Assembly: GCA_036257815.1 (NCBI GenBank)
Contig: DATAEW010000034.1
Span: 1,484 to 65,483, forward strand
Reading direction: 5' to 3'
Source of the DNA: Solirubrobacterales bacterium
GTDB taxonomy: Bacteria; Actinomycetota; Thermoleophilia; Solirubrobacterales; 70-9
Length of the DNA stretch: 64,000 bases
The translations under genes and the position numbers were made by a program. Positions 36,947 through 48,026 of the stretch are shown piece by piece. The notes under the pieces were generated by a model. The model searched no databases. It saw nothing but the letters and a program-made list of their open reading frames with translations, and was not told the DNA's origin. Numbering within the stretch: the stretch's first letter is position 1; the number at the start of each line of letters is the position of its first letter.

Positions 36947-37471
36947 ATGGCATCGCATAACAGCAGCAGCAAAGACAAGGCGCAAGCCAAGCGCGCCACG
37001 ACCGAAGCGAAGACCTCCGCCAGCGCCACCGCCAGTGCCGGCAAGCGCGCGGCGACGAAGACCGCCGCCGCGGAGAAGAGCCAGGTGCTGAGCGCCGCCG
37101 AAGCCGCCGTCGACTTCCCGGTCGGGGTCGTGCTCACGGTCAGCGACCGGGTATCCGATCTGGTCGAGCCGTGGACCGATCGCGGCAGCGCGGAGAAGCA
37201 GATCAAGGCGTACCGCACGCAGCTGCGGAAATCGATCAAACGCACCGAGCGCCGGGGCGCCAGCGCCCGTCGCCGCGCCACCAGCGAGGCCCGCAAGACC
37301 CGCAACCGCGTCGAGCGCGAAGCCCGCAAGCGGCAGCGCTCGGTCGAGACGACGCTGAAGCGCAACCGCAGCGAGGTCGAGCGGCGCGTGCGCCAAACGA
37401 TCGACGAGCAGACCTCCCGTGCCCAGGGCCTGGTGGAGACGGTTACCGATCAGCTCGCGGCCCTGCGCTGA
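36947..37471 (+). CDS. Hypothetical basic protein: Lys/Ala/Thr-rich N-terminus, Arg-rich coiled-coil-like C-terminus
   Basis: AAGGGAG SD 10 nt upstream; 174 aa; followed by a strong terminator. Confidence 0.6.
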   Translation: MASHNSSSKDKAQAKRATTEAKTSASATASAGKRAATKTAAAEKSQVLSAAEAAVDFPVGVVLTVSDRVSDLVEPWTDRGSAEKQIKAYRTQLRKSIKRTERRGASARRRATSEARKTRNRVEREARKRQRSVETTLKRNRSEVERRVRQTIDEQTSRAQGLVETVTDQLAALR

Positions 37472-37505
37472 GAGCACCCAGAACCGGCGCGGATGCGCCA
37501 CCTCA

Positions 37506-37545
37506 AAGGGACCCGCATGCAACCAGCATGCGGGTCCCTTTTCGT
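37506..37545. terminator. Bidirectional intrinsic terminator
   Basis: aagggacccgcatgc-aacca-gcatgcgggtccctt: 15-bp perfect stem flanked by A-run and T-run, between convergent genes. Confidence 0.8.
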
Positions 37546-37596
37546 CGTCGCCCCGCTTGGTTCTGAGCACTCTCAGCTTCAGCGATCGCCGATTCT

Positions 37597-39672
37597 CTAG
37601 CGACCGGTGACGAAGACGGGGCGGGAGATGCCGGTTTCGTAGGGCCAGCCCTCGGCGCTTGGGGCGACGGCGCGGAACTGGAAGCGGACGTCGCGGCTGT
37701 CGTCGTCGGTGAAGGCGTAGGCATAGCGGAAGCGGCCGTGGGCGTCCGTCTGCACGGTGCGGAATTCGCTCCAGGGCATTCCCGGGACCCGGAACTGCAG
37801 CTCCACCGGCCGGCCGCCGGACGGCAGCCTCGCGCCGGGTCCCTCGACGCGGCCACTGAAGAGGACCGGCCGGCCGCCGACGGTCGCCATGGCCGCGGAG
37901 GCGCGCATCCGCACCGCGGCGAGGACCGCCAACCGCAGGAGGGGTCCGGCGGCTCGCGAGAGGGACGGGCCGCCGGCGAAGACCGCCTCGACGCGCCGGT
38001 TCGGCCCAGGCGCCAGCCGGGTCGCAAAGCCGCCCTCGGAATCGGTTCGGACCGTGGTCGTCCGGGTCTCCGCAAGCGAACCTCGGTCGAAGGTCTCCAC
38101 GACCTCGACCGCCATTCCGGCGAGCGGCGTGCCGGTGGCGGAGAGCAGGCGCCCGGAGACCGGGATCGCGTGTCCGCAGCGGATCGACCGCGCCGTCGGT
38201 CGCTCGCCGAAATCCTTGATGGTTCGGCGCCGGCAGCGGTGCCCGGCCGCGGTTCGCCTGCACAGCCGCGACTGCAGGCGCCGCCCTCCGTAGCCGAACT
38301 CCAGCTCCGCCGGCTGCTTCAGCGGATTCGGAAGGATCATCCGGGCGCCGTCGGCGCGGCGCGTGCCGGCGGCCGAGTTACCGACCCGGTCGTAGCCGGT
38401 GGCGCGGAATTCGTAGCTCCCGGGCGGGAAGGAGCCGGAGTCCCAGATCGCGGTCAGGCGCCCGGCCGCGGTCATGGTTGGCAGAGGCTGGAAGGCGGCT
38501 CCGGAGCCGGCCTGCCGAACCGCGATCGCGCCGCGGTCGGCGCTGGGGCCGGAGAGCGAATCGCCGATCAGCACTTCGATCCGCTCGGGTTCGCTCGGGT
38601 CCTGTGCCTTGGCGAAGAGGACCTGGGGCGGGCTTTCGTCGATCCGCACCAGCGCCACGGCGGGAGCGGGTGCGCGGTCGTTGCCAGCGCTCGAGTTGCC
38701 CGCCGCGTCGCGCGCCCAGTAGGCGACGCGGTGAGTCCCGTCGCCGCTCACCGTGGTCGTCACCGAGTCCCCGTTGGCGACGGCCGCGGCGCCGCCATCG
38801 ACGGCGATCGTCGTGCGGGGCCCCGGCGGCCCGGCGGCCGCCATGCCGGACAGGGCGTCCCGTGCCTTCGCCGTCAGTCGCACCGGTCCGGCGGCCCAGC
38901 CGGCGGGCTGTCCCAGCAGCTCAACCGACGGCGGCGTCAGGTCGACGCGGACCTCGACCGCGGTGTTTGCGGCGGAGCGAACGCCGGAGCCCGACACCGT
39001 CGCGACCCGGATGGTGCTCACTCCCTCCGGCAGGGCGCCGAGGCGGACCGCTCCGGGCGCGGCGCTCGCCGGCAGGTCGATCTCGGAGTCGGCGCAGCGG
39101 TCGCTCAGCGAGCAGGGAGAGCTGGCGCCTTCTTGATCGACGGAGACCGCGTAGCCGCGAAGCCCGGAGATCGGGGTCGGCTGATCGGCCCCGGCGATCG
39201 CGATCCGCGGTTCCGTGTCCCCGCCGAACCAGCTCTCCGGGACGGTGACGCGCGGCGCACCCGGTCGGGCGCCGTCGAAGAGCAGGGGCGCGGTCACGTG
39301 CGGGCCCTGCTCCCCGGTGCTCGCCTCCAGCCAGATCTCCGCGGTGTAGCGGCCGGGGACGGGGGGCACCGGCAGCTTTTCGAGGAAATCGCCCACCCAG
39401 CGCTGCCCGCCGGCTGGGATCACGACGTCGCCAGCCGCGTCGCGGACCAGGTAGACGATGGTCGCCGGCTTTGGTTCCGATGCGGTGCCGAGCATCGTCC
39501 GCGTCCAGCTGACCCCGAACTCGGGGTCGGGATGCCATGCGTCCGCTCCGCCGGCGACTTTGACCTCGCGCGGTTCGAGGAACTGGGGGTCGAACGCGAG
39601 TGCTCGGAAAGGGCCGAGGAGCGAACAGCCCACCAGGATCGCCAGCGGGGAGAAGAACAGCAGCCGCTTCAC
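37597..39672 (-). CDS. Large secreted protein with Ig-like/carboxypeptidase-regulatory-like beta domains
   Basis: GTG start overlaps the sigma gene stop (GTGA). Signal peptide [19 protein letters not shown]; 691 aa of beta-rich sequence. Confidence 0.7.
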   Translation of the reverse strand: MKRLLFFSPLAILVGCSLLGPFRALAFDPQFLEPREVKVAGGADAWHPDPEFGVSWTRTMLGTASEPKPATIVYLVRDAAGDVVIPAGGQRWVGDFLEKLPVPPVPGRYTAEIWLEASTGEQGPHVTAPLLFDGARPGAPRVTVPESWFGGDTEPRIAIAGADQPTPISGLRGYAVSVDQEGASSPCSLSDRCADSEIDLPASAAPGAVRLGALPEGVSTIRVATVSGSGVRSAANTAVEVRVDLTPPSVELLGQPAGWAAGPVRLTAKARDALSGMAAAGPPGPRTTIAVDGGAAAVANGDSVTTTVSGDGTHRVAYWARDAAGNSSAGNDRAPAPAVALVRIDESPPQVLFAKAQDPSEPERIEVLIGDSLSGPSADRGAIAVRQAGSGAAFQPLPTMTAAGRLTAIWDSGSFPPGSYEFRATGYDRVGNSAAGTRRADGARMILPNPLKQPAELEFGYGGRRLQSRLCRRTAAGHRCRRRTIKDFGERPTARSIRCGHAIPVSGRLLSATGTPLAGMAVEVVETFDRGSLAETRTTTVRTDSEGGFATRLAPGPNRRVEAVFAGGPSLSRAAGPLLRLAVLAAVRMRASAAMATVGGRPVLFSGRVEGPGARLPSGGRPVELQFRVPGMPWSEFRTVQTDAHGRFRYAYAFTDDDSRDVRFQFRAVAPSAEGWPYETGISRPVFVTGR

Positions 39673-40964
39673 GGGCCGAACTCCCCAGCCGCGTTGCCGC
39701 TGCCGGAATCGCCGCCGGCGGAGGCGCTGCCGGAAGGCGCCGCCGCGGGTTCCGGTTCGGGCGCCGGGACGTATTCGACCGCGCCGCCTGAAATCGGTGG
39801 GGCGGTGGCCGCCGGCGGCGCCGGGTGGGCCGCTTGGTGGTCGGGGCTGGGCTTCGGTTGCGGTTCTGGATCGTTGGCCGGCGGGGCAGCTTCGTAGTCG
39901 ACGACGGGCGCTTCCGCGCTTGCGGCCGCCGCCGGCTCACCCGCCCGCTCGAGTTGGTGCCGGGTTGCCGGGTCGGTGCCGAGCCCGAGCGGCGCCGGCA
40001 CGACACCGGTCGCCACGCATGCGGCCGCTCCGCCGATCGTCCCGGCGCAGACCGCCAGGGCCTTGGCGAGAACCGCCATCCCGGCGCCGCGGGTGCCTCC
40101 GCTCGCCGCGACCTGCGAGAGCGCGGATTCGCCTCCGGCCGAAACGCCAAAGCGCGAGGCCAGCCCCGTCACAGCCTCCTGAGCGCGTTCCAGCAGCGAG
40201 CGCCCGGCGGGCAGTGCCGGCGCCAGGGCTGCGGCGGCGGCGGGGGCGGCGCGGTAGGAGCGCAGGGTGGCCCGGCAATGGGCGCAGGCGCGCAGGTGCT
40301 CGCGCACCCGCACCGCGTCCTCGGCGCCGGCCTCGCCGTCGCAAAAGGCCGAGAGCAGCGGGCCCATCTCCGCGCAGCGCCGGCCATCCTCGCTGCGCGC
40401 GATCAGGCTCCGGAACCGCTCCCGGCCCTCCGCCAGGCAGCGGTTGATTTTGGTCCTGCTGTAACCGGTGATCTCGCCGATCTCGGCGTAGGAATAACCC
40501 TCGGCGAGCAGCCCGAGCGCCCGCAGCTCCTGCGGCTTCAGCTCCTGCAGGGCCTCGCGACTGCGGGCGACCGCTTCCTGGCGCTCCAACCGCTCCGCCG
40601 GGCCGTCGGCCGGCGCCGGGATCAGGGCCAGCCAGTCCTCGACGCCGGAGCCAGCTGGGGCCGCGGCCGGGCCGGCGAGGATCCGCTCCCGTTCCTGGCG
40701 CACCGCCAGCGCCTCGTGCTTGACGACCGTCTGCGTCCAGCGGATCAGTTCCCGTTGGTCGGTGGTCGGCGCCTTGGTGAGGAGGATCTCGAGACCCCGC
40801 TGCAGCGCGTCCTCGGCGTCGTCGGCGCAGATCGAGTAACGCCGGGCGGTGCGTCGCAGCGCCGCCTCGTGCCTGGCGTAGGTCTCGACGACGGCCCGCT
40901 TGCGCGCCGCCGCGCTCACTCCGGCCACCGCCGCGCCCGCCGCCCTCCCCTCACTTCGACTCAC
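39669..40964 (-). CDS. ECF sigma factor fused to a zf-HC2 anti-sigma domain, TM helix and Pro-rich extracytoplasmic tail
   Basis: Sigma region 2 ([14 protein letters not shown]) and region 4 HTH ([22 protein letters not shown]), then HLRACAHC (H-x3-C-x2-C), then [28 protein letters not shown]. Confidence 0.8.
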   Translation of the reverse strand: MSRSEGRAAGAAVAGVSAAARKRAVVETYARHEAALRRTARRYSICADDAEDALQRGLEILLTKAPTTDQRELIRWTQTVVKHEALAVRQERERILAGPAAAPAGSGVEDWLALIPAPADGPAERLERQEAVARSREALQELKPQELRALGLLAEGYSYAEIGEITGYSRTKINRCLAEGRERFRSLIARSEDGRRCAEMGPLLSAFCDGEAGAEDAVRVREHLRACAHCRATLRSYRAAPAAAAALAPALPAGRSLLERAQEAVTGLASRFGVSAGGESALSQVAASGGTRGAGMAVLAKALAVCAGTIGGAAACVATGVVPAPLGLGTDPATRHQLERAGEPAAAASAEAPVVDYEAAPPANDPEPQPKPSPDHQAAHPAPPAATAPPISGGAVEYVPAPEPEPAAAPSGSASAGGDSGSGNAAGEFGP

Positions 40965-41137
40965 CGCTCAGCCTCCCCGCCCCGCTTCAGATTTCCAATC
41001 CAAAAAACATGCCAGCGCAAGTCACGACTTCCGCGCTTCTCTCCCCCCTTTTGGACGTTTCTCCGGCGTCGTTCGCCGGAAATTGCAGAGATGGCATCGC
41101 GATTCGGTCGCGGCTCTGTCCCGATAGGATCGAGACG

Positions 41138-42085
41138 ATGACGACCTGCGTGGTCACCGGCGGGGCGGGGTTCCTCGGCTCCCACCTCTGCGAACACCTG
41201 CTCGGCAAGGGCCATCGGGTGATCTGCCTCGACAACCTCGAGACCGGCTCGCTGGAGAACATCGCCCACATCCGTGAGGCGTCCTTCGAGTTCCGCAACG
41301 TCGACATCACCAGCTTCGTCGAGATCCCCGAGGAGGTCGACTTCGTCTACCACCTTGCCTCGCCGGCGAGCCCGATCGACTACCTGCGGCTGCCCCTTCA
41401 CACCCTGAAGGTCGGCTCGCACGGCACGCACCACATGCTCGGCGTCGCCAAGTTCAAACGGGCCCGCTTCCTGCTCGCCTCGACCAGCGAGGTCTACGGC
41501 GACCCGCAGGTGCACCCGCAGCGCGAGGACTACTGGGGGCACGTCAACCCGATCGGCCCGCGCGGCGTCTACGACGAGGCAAAGCGCTACGCCGAGGCGC
41601 TGACGATGGCCTACCACCGCCAGCAAGGCCTCGACACCGGCATCGTCCGCATCTTCAACACCTACGGGCCGCGGATGCGCCCGCATGACGGCCGCGCGAT
41701 CCCCACCTTTTTGCGCCAGGCGCTGCAGGACCGGCCGCTGACCGTGTTCGGTGACGGCAGCCAGACGCGCAGCTTCTGCTATGTCGACGACCTGATCCGC
41801 GGCATCGTCGCCCTGGCCGAGTCCGACGTCCACCTGCCGGTCAACATCGGCAACCCCAGCGAGTTCACGCTGCTGGAGCTGGCGAAGGCGGTGATCGAGG
41901 TCACCGGTTCCCGCTCGGAGATCGTCCACGAGGCACTGCCGGTCGACGATCCCCAGCAGCGCCGCCCCGACATCGCCCGCGCCCGCGACCTGCTGAGCTG
42001 GGAACCGACCGTAGAGCTGATCGACGGCCTGCGCAAGACGATCGACCAGGCCGGCGTCGAGAGCCTGGTCGGCGCCAAGGACTGA
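41138..42085 (+). CDS. UDP-glucuronate decarboxylase (UDP-xylose synthase) family SDR
   Basis: [36 protein letters not shown] 41138. Confidence 0.85.
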   Translation: MTTCVVTGGAGFLGSHLCEHLLGKGHRVICLDNLETGSLENIAHIREASFEFRNVDITSFVEIPEEVDFVYHLASPASPIDYLRLPLHTLKVGSHGTHHMLGVAKFKRARFLLASTSEVYGDPQVHPQREDYWGHVNPIGPRGVYDEAKRYAEALTMAYHRQQGLDTGIVRIFNTYGPRMRPHDGRAIPTFLRQALQDRPLTVFGDGSQTRSFCYVDDLIRGIVALAESDVHLPVNIGNPSEFTLLELAKAVIEVTGSRSEIVHEALPVDDPQQRRPDIARARDLLSWEPTVELIDGLRKTIDQAGVESLVGAKD

Positions 42086-42133
42086 GGCATCGCGCGAGCC
42101 GGAGCGGGCCCGCCGGGCGCTGCTCGCGGCCAA

Positions 42134-42162
42134 ACGAAAAGGGGCGGCCCGAAGGCCGCCCC
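42134..42162 (-). terminator. Intrinsic terminator for the minus-strand gene ending at 42195
   Basis: ggggcggcc-cgaa-ggccgcccc; on the minus strand it is followed by ttttcgttt. Confidence 0.75.
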
Positions 42163-42194
42163 TGATGCTGCTCCCGTAACGGGAATTGCTGCTG

Positions 42195-43517
42195 TTATTC
42201 GCCCTGCGCGGTGAAGGCGAAGGTGCCCAGGCCTTCTCCGGCGGAGATGTGGTTTTTTTCGACTTTTTCGCCTTCTTCTTTGGCTTTTGCGGCAGCGATT
42301 TCTTTTTCGCCTTGGGTGGCGCAGTGCCCCGGTAGTGCTTCACACACTTTGAGGGTGGTGCCGCCTTCGACATACCCCCTGTAGACGCTGACGAAGCCCT
42401 GGAGGACTTCAGCGGCGACAGCCTGAAGGTTCGCGGAGGCGTTCACGCCCACGGTGAGAGCCGTCGGGTTGGGGGTGATGCTGCTCACCGTCAGGTCGGC
42501 GATCGAGCTGCGCCCCAGGTTGCCCAGGTTGAGCGGTTCTTTACCTTGCGAGTCTTTCGCGTTCGATTCCCCGACCACTTCCACCGAGACGGTTTTCGCC
42601 CCGAGATCTACGTACATCGCCGCGAGGGTGATTTTCGTCGTGATCGCGGTCGTCGGACTGGTCGGCAGAACCTGGACGAGCCGCAGGCCGCCGCCACTCT
42701 GCACGACCCCGGCGGTCCCGGTCGGACCGATGGTGCCGCCGGTGATCGGCGAGGTGAAGACGTTCGCCGCCGCGCTGGTCGGCGGGATCGTTTCGACTTG
42801 GACTTCCACGTTTTTCAGTTTTTCCAGCAGCGTCGGGTTGCCCGCGAAGGTCAGGTTCCCCACCGGTTTGACGGCCACCGTGCTCGGCTGCACTTCGCTC
42901 GAGCCGGTGCCCAGGACCTGGTTGCCCTTGAACGGAGGCTGAACCACCTTGCTCGCGGAAGCCCGCTTGTGACCTTTCGCTTTGCTCTCGCCGGTGAAGC
43001 CGAGCTTCTTGTTCAGCTGCTTGGCGGCCGAGCCGGTGAGCTTCAGCGTCTTCAGCGTCAGGTTGACGCCGAAGCCGTTGCGGGTGGCGGTGAAGCTCTT
43101 GATCGCCGCGACCTTCATCTTCTTGCCGGCCACGTTGCCCTTCAGCGCCTTCTTGCTCGTGTCGAGAGACAGGCTCTTCACCGTGGCGCTCTTCTTGCCG
43201 GCCTTGAACTTGAGGCCGCCGCCGAGGGTGACGGTGCCGATCCCGGTGGTGGGGTCGATGGTGCCGCTGGTGACGGTGAAGGTCGCCTTCTTGCCCTTCA
43301 ACTTCGCCGGGCTGACCTTGGCGATCTTGACCCCCGACTTCTTCAGCTTGTTGAACAAGCCGCTGTTGATGGTCAGGGTCGTCGAGCCGCTGGCGACCGG
43401 GTCGGACGCGGCGGAGGCCAGGGGAGCGAGCGCGAGCAGCGCGATCAGCGCCGCCGCCGCGAACCCGGCGATCGGCGTCTTCCCCCGAGCCATCGGTGGC
43501 TGGGTTGGTTCAGTCAT
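42195..43517 (-). CDS. Secreted Lys/Thr/Gly-rich repetitive protein
   Basis: Signal peptide ([17 protein letters not shown]); 440 aa with internally repeated beta-strand-like units (TLTINSG..., [15 protein letters not shown]...). Family unknown. Confidence 0.7.
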   Translation of the reverse strand: MTEPTQPPMARGKTPIAGFAAAALIALLALAPLASAASDPVASGSTTLTINSGLFNKLKKSGVKIAKVSPAKLKGKKATFTVTSGTIDPTTGIGTVTLGGGLKFKAGKKSATVKSLSLDTSKKALKGNVAGKKMKVAAIKSFTATRNGFGVNLTLKTLKLTGSAAKQLNKKLGFTGESKAKGHKRASASKVVQPPFKGNQVLGTGSSEVQPSTVAVKPVGNLTFAGNPTLLEKLKNVEVQVETIPPTSAAANVFTSPITGGTIGPTGTAGVVQSGGGLRLVQVLPTSPTTAITTKITLAAMYVDLGAKTVSVEVVGESNAKDSQGKEPLNLGNLGRSSIADLTVSSITPNPTALTVGVNASANLQAVAAEVLQGFVSVYRGYVEGGTTLKVCEALPGHCATQGEKEIAAAKAKEEGEKVEKNHISAGEGLGTFAFTAQGE

Positions 43518-43712
43518 CTGCTTCCTCCGTTGTCTGCCGCCCCCTGCTGTCCCTTTGGGCGACTTACGGCAAAGTCGATTGGTTCAAGCCTATCTCGGCT
43601 ATTCCCCTTAACAACCCGGCTGGCCAGCCAAGGTTCCGGTTGGGCCGTGTCATGCAGGCACCGCGCTGGCCGTCCCGCACCTGGCGGTGGCCTCCCAATA
43701 TCCTCCCAAGGG

Positions 43713-45356
43713 ATGGCGAGCACCGACAGGTCGGCGGCCTCGGAGGCCCACCGCACGATTGCCCCGCTCGTGGGGCCGGAGGACGAGCGCGTCTTCACCG
43801 ACTCCGGGATCGAGATCGAGCCGCTCTACACCGAGGACGACGTCGCGCCAGGCCTCGAAGAGCGCCTCGGCACCCCCGGCGAGCCGCCCTTCACGCGCGG
43901 CATCCACGAGGGGATGTACCGGGACCGGCTGTGGACGATGCGCCAGTACGCGGGCTTTGCCTCCCCTGAGGACACCAACGAGCGCTACCGCTACCTGATC
44001 GAGCACGGCTCGACCGGCCTCTCGATGGCCTTCGACCTGCCGACCCAGCTCGGTCGCGACTCCGACGACCCGCTCTGCAACGGTGAGGTCGGCCGCACCG
44101 GGGTGCCGATCGACACGATCGAGGACATGCGGATCTGCTTCGACCAGATTCCCCTCGACGGCGTCTCCACCTCGATGACGATCAACGCCCCGGCGGCGAT
44201 CCTGCTGTTGCTCTACGAGCTGGTCGGCGAGGAGCAGGGTGTGGCCTCCGAGAAGCTCCGCGGCACGGTCCAGAACGACGTGTTGAAGGAGTACATGGCC
44301 CGCGGCAACTACATCTATCCGCCGGAGCCGACGATGCGGCTGACCACCGACATCTTCGAGTACTGCCGCGAGAACGTGCCGAAATGGAACACGATCTCGA
44401 TCTCCGGGTACCACATCCGCGAGAAGGGCTGCTCGGCGGTGCAGGAGGTGGCGTTCACTCTCTCCAACGCGATCGCCTACGTCGAAGCGGCGCTCGAGCG
44501 GGGGCTGAAGATCGACGAGTTCGCGCCTCGCCTCGCCTTCTTCTTCAACGGGCACAACAACGTCTTCCAGGAGATCGCCAAGTTCCGCGCGGTGCGGCGG
44601 ATGTGGGCGAAGATCGTTGCCGAGCGCTTCGGGGCGCAGGACCCGAACTCGATGAAAATCCGCTTCCACACCCAGACCGGCGGCGTCACCCTGCAGGCGC
44701 AGCAGCCCGAGGTGAACATCATCCGCGTCGCCCTGCAGGGCTTCGCGGCGGTCTGCGGCGGGACCCAGTCGCTGCACACCAACGGCTTCGACGAGGCGCT
44801 GGCGCTGCCGACCGAGCGCTCGGCCCGGATCGCCCTGCGCACCCAGCAGGTGATCGCCTACGAGTCGGGCGCCGCGGATACCGTCGACCCCTTCGCCGGC
44901 TCCTACTTCGTCGAGTCGCTGACCGACGAGATCGAAGCGCGCTCCTGGGAGCTGATGGAGAAGGTCGAAGAGCTCGGCGGCTCGGTCGAGGCGCTGGAGT
45001 TCATGCAGCGCGAGATCGAGGAGTCGGCGCTCAGCTACCACGAGCGCTACAAGAGCGGCCAGGATGTGATCGTCGGGGTCAACAAATTCGTCACCGACCA
45101 GGTCGACGACGTCGACATCCTCAAGGTCGACCCGGAGGCCGAGCAGCGCCAGCTGACTCGCCTCGAGGCTTTCAAGGAGTCGCGGGACAAGGCCACGGTC
45201 GAGGAGAAGCTGGAGTCCCTGCGCGACGTCGCCCGCGGCGACGGCAACCTGCTGCACCCGATCCGCGCCGCCCTCAAAGCGAACGCCTCGATCGGCGAGG
45301 TTTGCGGCGCGATGCGCGACGTCTTCGGCGAGTACAAGGGCGGCAGCTTCTTCTAG
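43713..45356 (+). CDS. Methylmalonyl-CoA mutase family, catalytic (TIM-barrel) subunit without a B12-binding domain
   Basis: PFTRGIH..MYR...[38 protein letters not shown]. Ends before any DxHxxG B12 domain. Confidence 0.9.
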   Translation: MASTDRSAASEAHRTIAPLVGPEDERVFTDSGIEIEPLYTEDDVAPGLEERLGTPGEPPFTRGIHEGMYRDRLWTMRQYAGFASPEDTNERYRYLIEHGSTGLSMAFDLPTQLGRDSDDPLCNGEVGRTGVPIDTIEDMRICFDQIPLDGVSTSMTINAPAAILLLLYELVGEEQGVASEKLRGTVQNDVLKEYMARGNYIYPPEPTMRLTTDIFEYCRENVPKWNTISISGYHIREKGCSAVQEVAFTLSNAIAYVEAALERGLKIDEFAPRLAFFFNGHNNVFQEIAKFRAVRRMWAKIVAERFGAQDPNSMKIRFHTQTGGVTLQAQQPEVNIIRVALQGFAAVCGGTQSLHTNGFDEALALPTERSARIALRTQQVIAYESGAADTVDPFAGSYFVESLTDEIEARSWELMEKVEELGGSVEALEFMQREIEESALSYHERYKSGQDVIVGVNKFVTDQVDDVDILKVDPEAEQRQLTRLEAFKESRDKATVEEKLESLRDVARGDGNLLHPIRAALKANASIGEVCGAMRDVFGEYKGGSFF

Positions 45357-45407
45357 CCGGGACCGCTTGGGCACCGCCGACGCGCTCGCGACATTGACCT
45401 ACGTCAG

Positions 45408-45719
45408 GTGTGGTCAATGTCGGAAGCGCCCTGGGTTCTCCCCCCTGAACGGACTCTCCCATGGGCGAGGCGGGGAAGGAACAGGGCGCTGATGGTTGAA
45501 CCGGCCAGCATGATCGAGGTTTCCAGGACTCTGATGAAGTCCGAGCCGGAGCTGGCCGCGCTGGTCAGGGAGGTCGAGGGGGTCGAGGTGACGATGGCTG
45601 AGAAGGGTTTCGGGACGCGGGTCGAGATCCGTGCCGCCGAGGGGTCCGGCCTCGTCGTGGCGGATCTCGAGGCCGTCCTCGACCGGCTAGCCGAGCCGCA
45701 GCGCCGCCCGTTCAGCTAA
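45408..45719 (+). CDS. Hypothetical small protein (start uncertain; a later in-frame ATG is possible)
   Basis: Only ORF support. The tracked GTG start lies inside a 10-bp inverted repeat (45390-45421). Confidence 0.35.
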   Translation: MWSMSEAPWVLPPERTLPWARRGRNRALMVEPASMIEVSRTLMKSEPELAALVREVEGVEVTMAEKGFGTRVEIRAAEGSGLVVADLEAVLDRLAEPQRRPFS

Positions 45720-45728
45720 TCGGACCTT

Positions 45729-45781
45729 CCGAACTGCATCAAATTTCCGACCTGCTAGGGAGGAAATTTGATGCAGTTCGG
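45729..45781. repeat. Perfect 20-bp hairpin ccgaactgcatcaaatttcc-N13-ggaaatttgatgcagttcgg
   Basis: Exact inverted repeat. The loop gacctgctaggga resembles the ctataggggg centre of the 5235 and 26218 elements. Confidence 0.7.
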
Positions 45782-45825
45782 CATTGGGGCGCGCGGGCGC
45801 TTGGGGAAATAGACTCTCGCGCCGA

Positions 45826-47394
<1,569 letters not shown>

Positions 47395-47473
47395 GACTCG
47401 AACATCCGTCCAGGTCGGGCAAGGCTCGCCGTATCACCGGCGTCCTATTCATGCCATTTAAGAAGGAGGCTCG

Positions 47474-48022
47474 ATGAGAGTCCTGCAAACGAAGGCGACC
47501 CTGGGAGTGGTCGCGGTCCTCATGGCATTCGTCCTGCCGGCCGCTGCCGACGCCGCCCTGATCGTTCCCAAGCCGCCCACGGTCATCGTCCCGAAGGCGA
47601 CGGCATCATCACACCCGGCGCAAAGCGGCAGTTCGGCCGGGTCCGGCCCGGCTTCAGAAGGGTCTCCTCCTCCTGCGGTATCCGCGATCGCCGGCGATCC
47701 ATCGCCGATTGAGGTCAGCGACCCAGGGGCCGCGAGTGCCGACGACAGCCAGGGGTCGGGGAGCGGGAGTGCTGCGGGCGACGCTGCGCGTCGGCCGGTC
47801 GGCGGTTCCGCCGGCGAGAGTCAGCAGCCCAGCGTTCTCGGCTGGCTCGGTCAGCAGTTCGCGCAAGCGCGAGCAAATGAGCAGATCATCATGGCGGTCA
47901 ATTTCGCCAACTGGGTGATCAGCGTGAGCGACGACAATTTGGCCCGGTTCTGCCCCTCGTTCAACAGCTCGCAGCAGGACGAGCACATCAACAACAACAT
48001 CCGCACCATCGGCTGCTTCTGA
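47474..48022 (+). CDS. Hypothetical secreted protein
   Basis: AAGGAGG SD; signal peptide; Ser/Gly/Pro-rich middle; C-terminal ~60 aa globular with 2 Cys. Confidence 0.55.
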   Translation: MRVLQTKATLGVVAVLMAFVLPAAADAALIVPKPPTVIVPKATASSHPAQSGSSAGSGPASEGSPPPAVSAIAGDPSPIEVSDPGAASADDSQGSGSGSAAGDAARRPVGGSAGESQQPSVLGWLGQQFAQARANEQIIMAVNFANWVISVSDDNLARFCPSFNSSQQDEHINNNIRTIGCF

Positions 48023-48026
48023 GCCG

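Noticed and set aside
40965-41137. Autoregulated ECF-type promoter (GGAAC-N16/17-CGT) upstream of the sigma-fusion gene
   Set aside because: The only GAAAC...CGT pair I found has about 30-nt spacing, which is not convincing without the group-specific motif.
43570-43600. tRNA-like T-loop string gattggttcaagcctatc
   Set aside because: The flanking bases cannot form a 5-bp T-stem or an acceptor stem, and there is no cloverleaf.
43518-43712. Possible cobalamin riboswitch upstream of the methylmalonyl-CoA mutase gene
   Set aside because: I could not find a B12-box-like sequence (consensus along the lines of AGYCMGGAGACCKGCC) or the GGTGCC/AATCCG-type conserved blocks on the plus strand.
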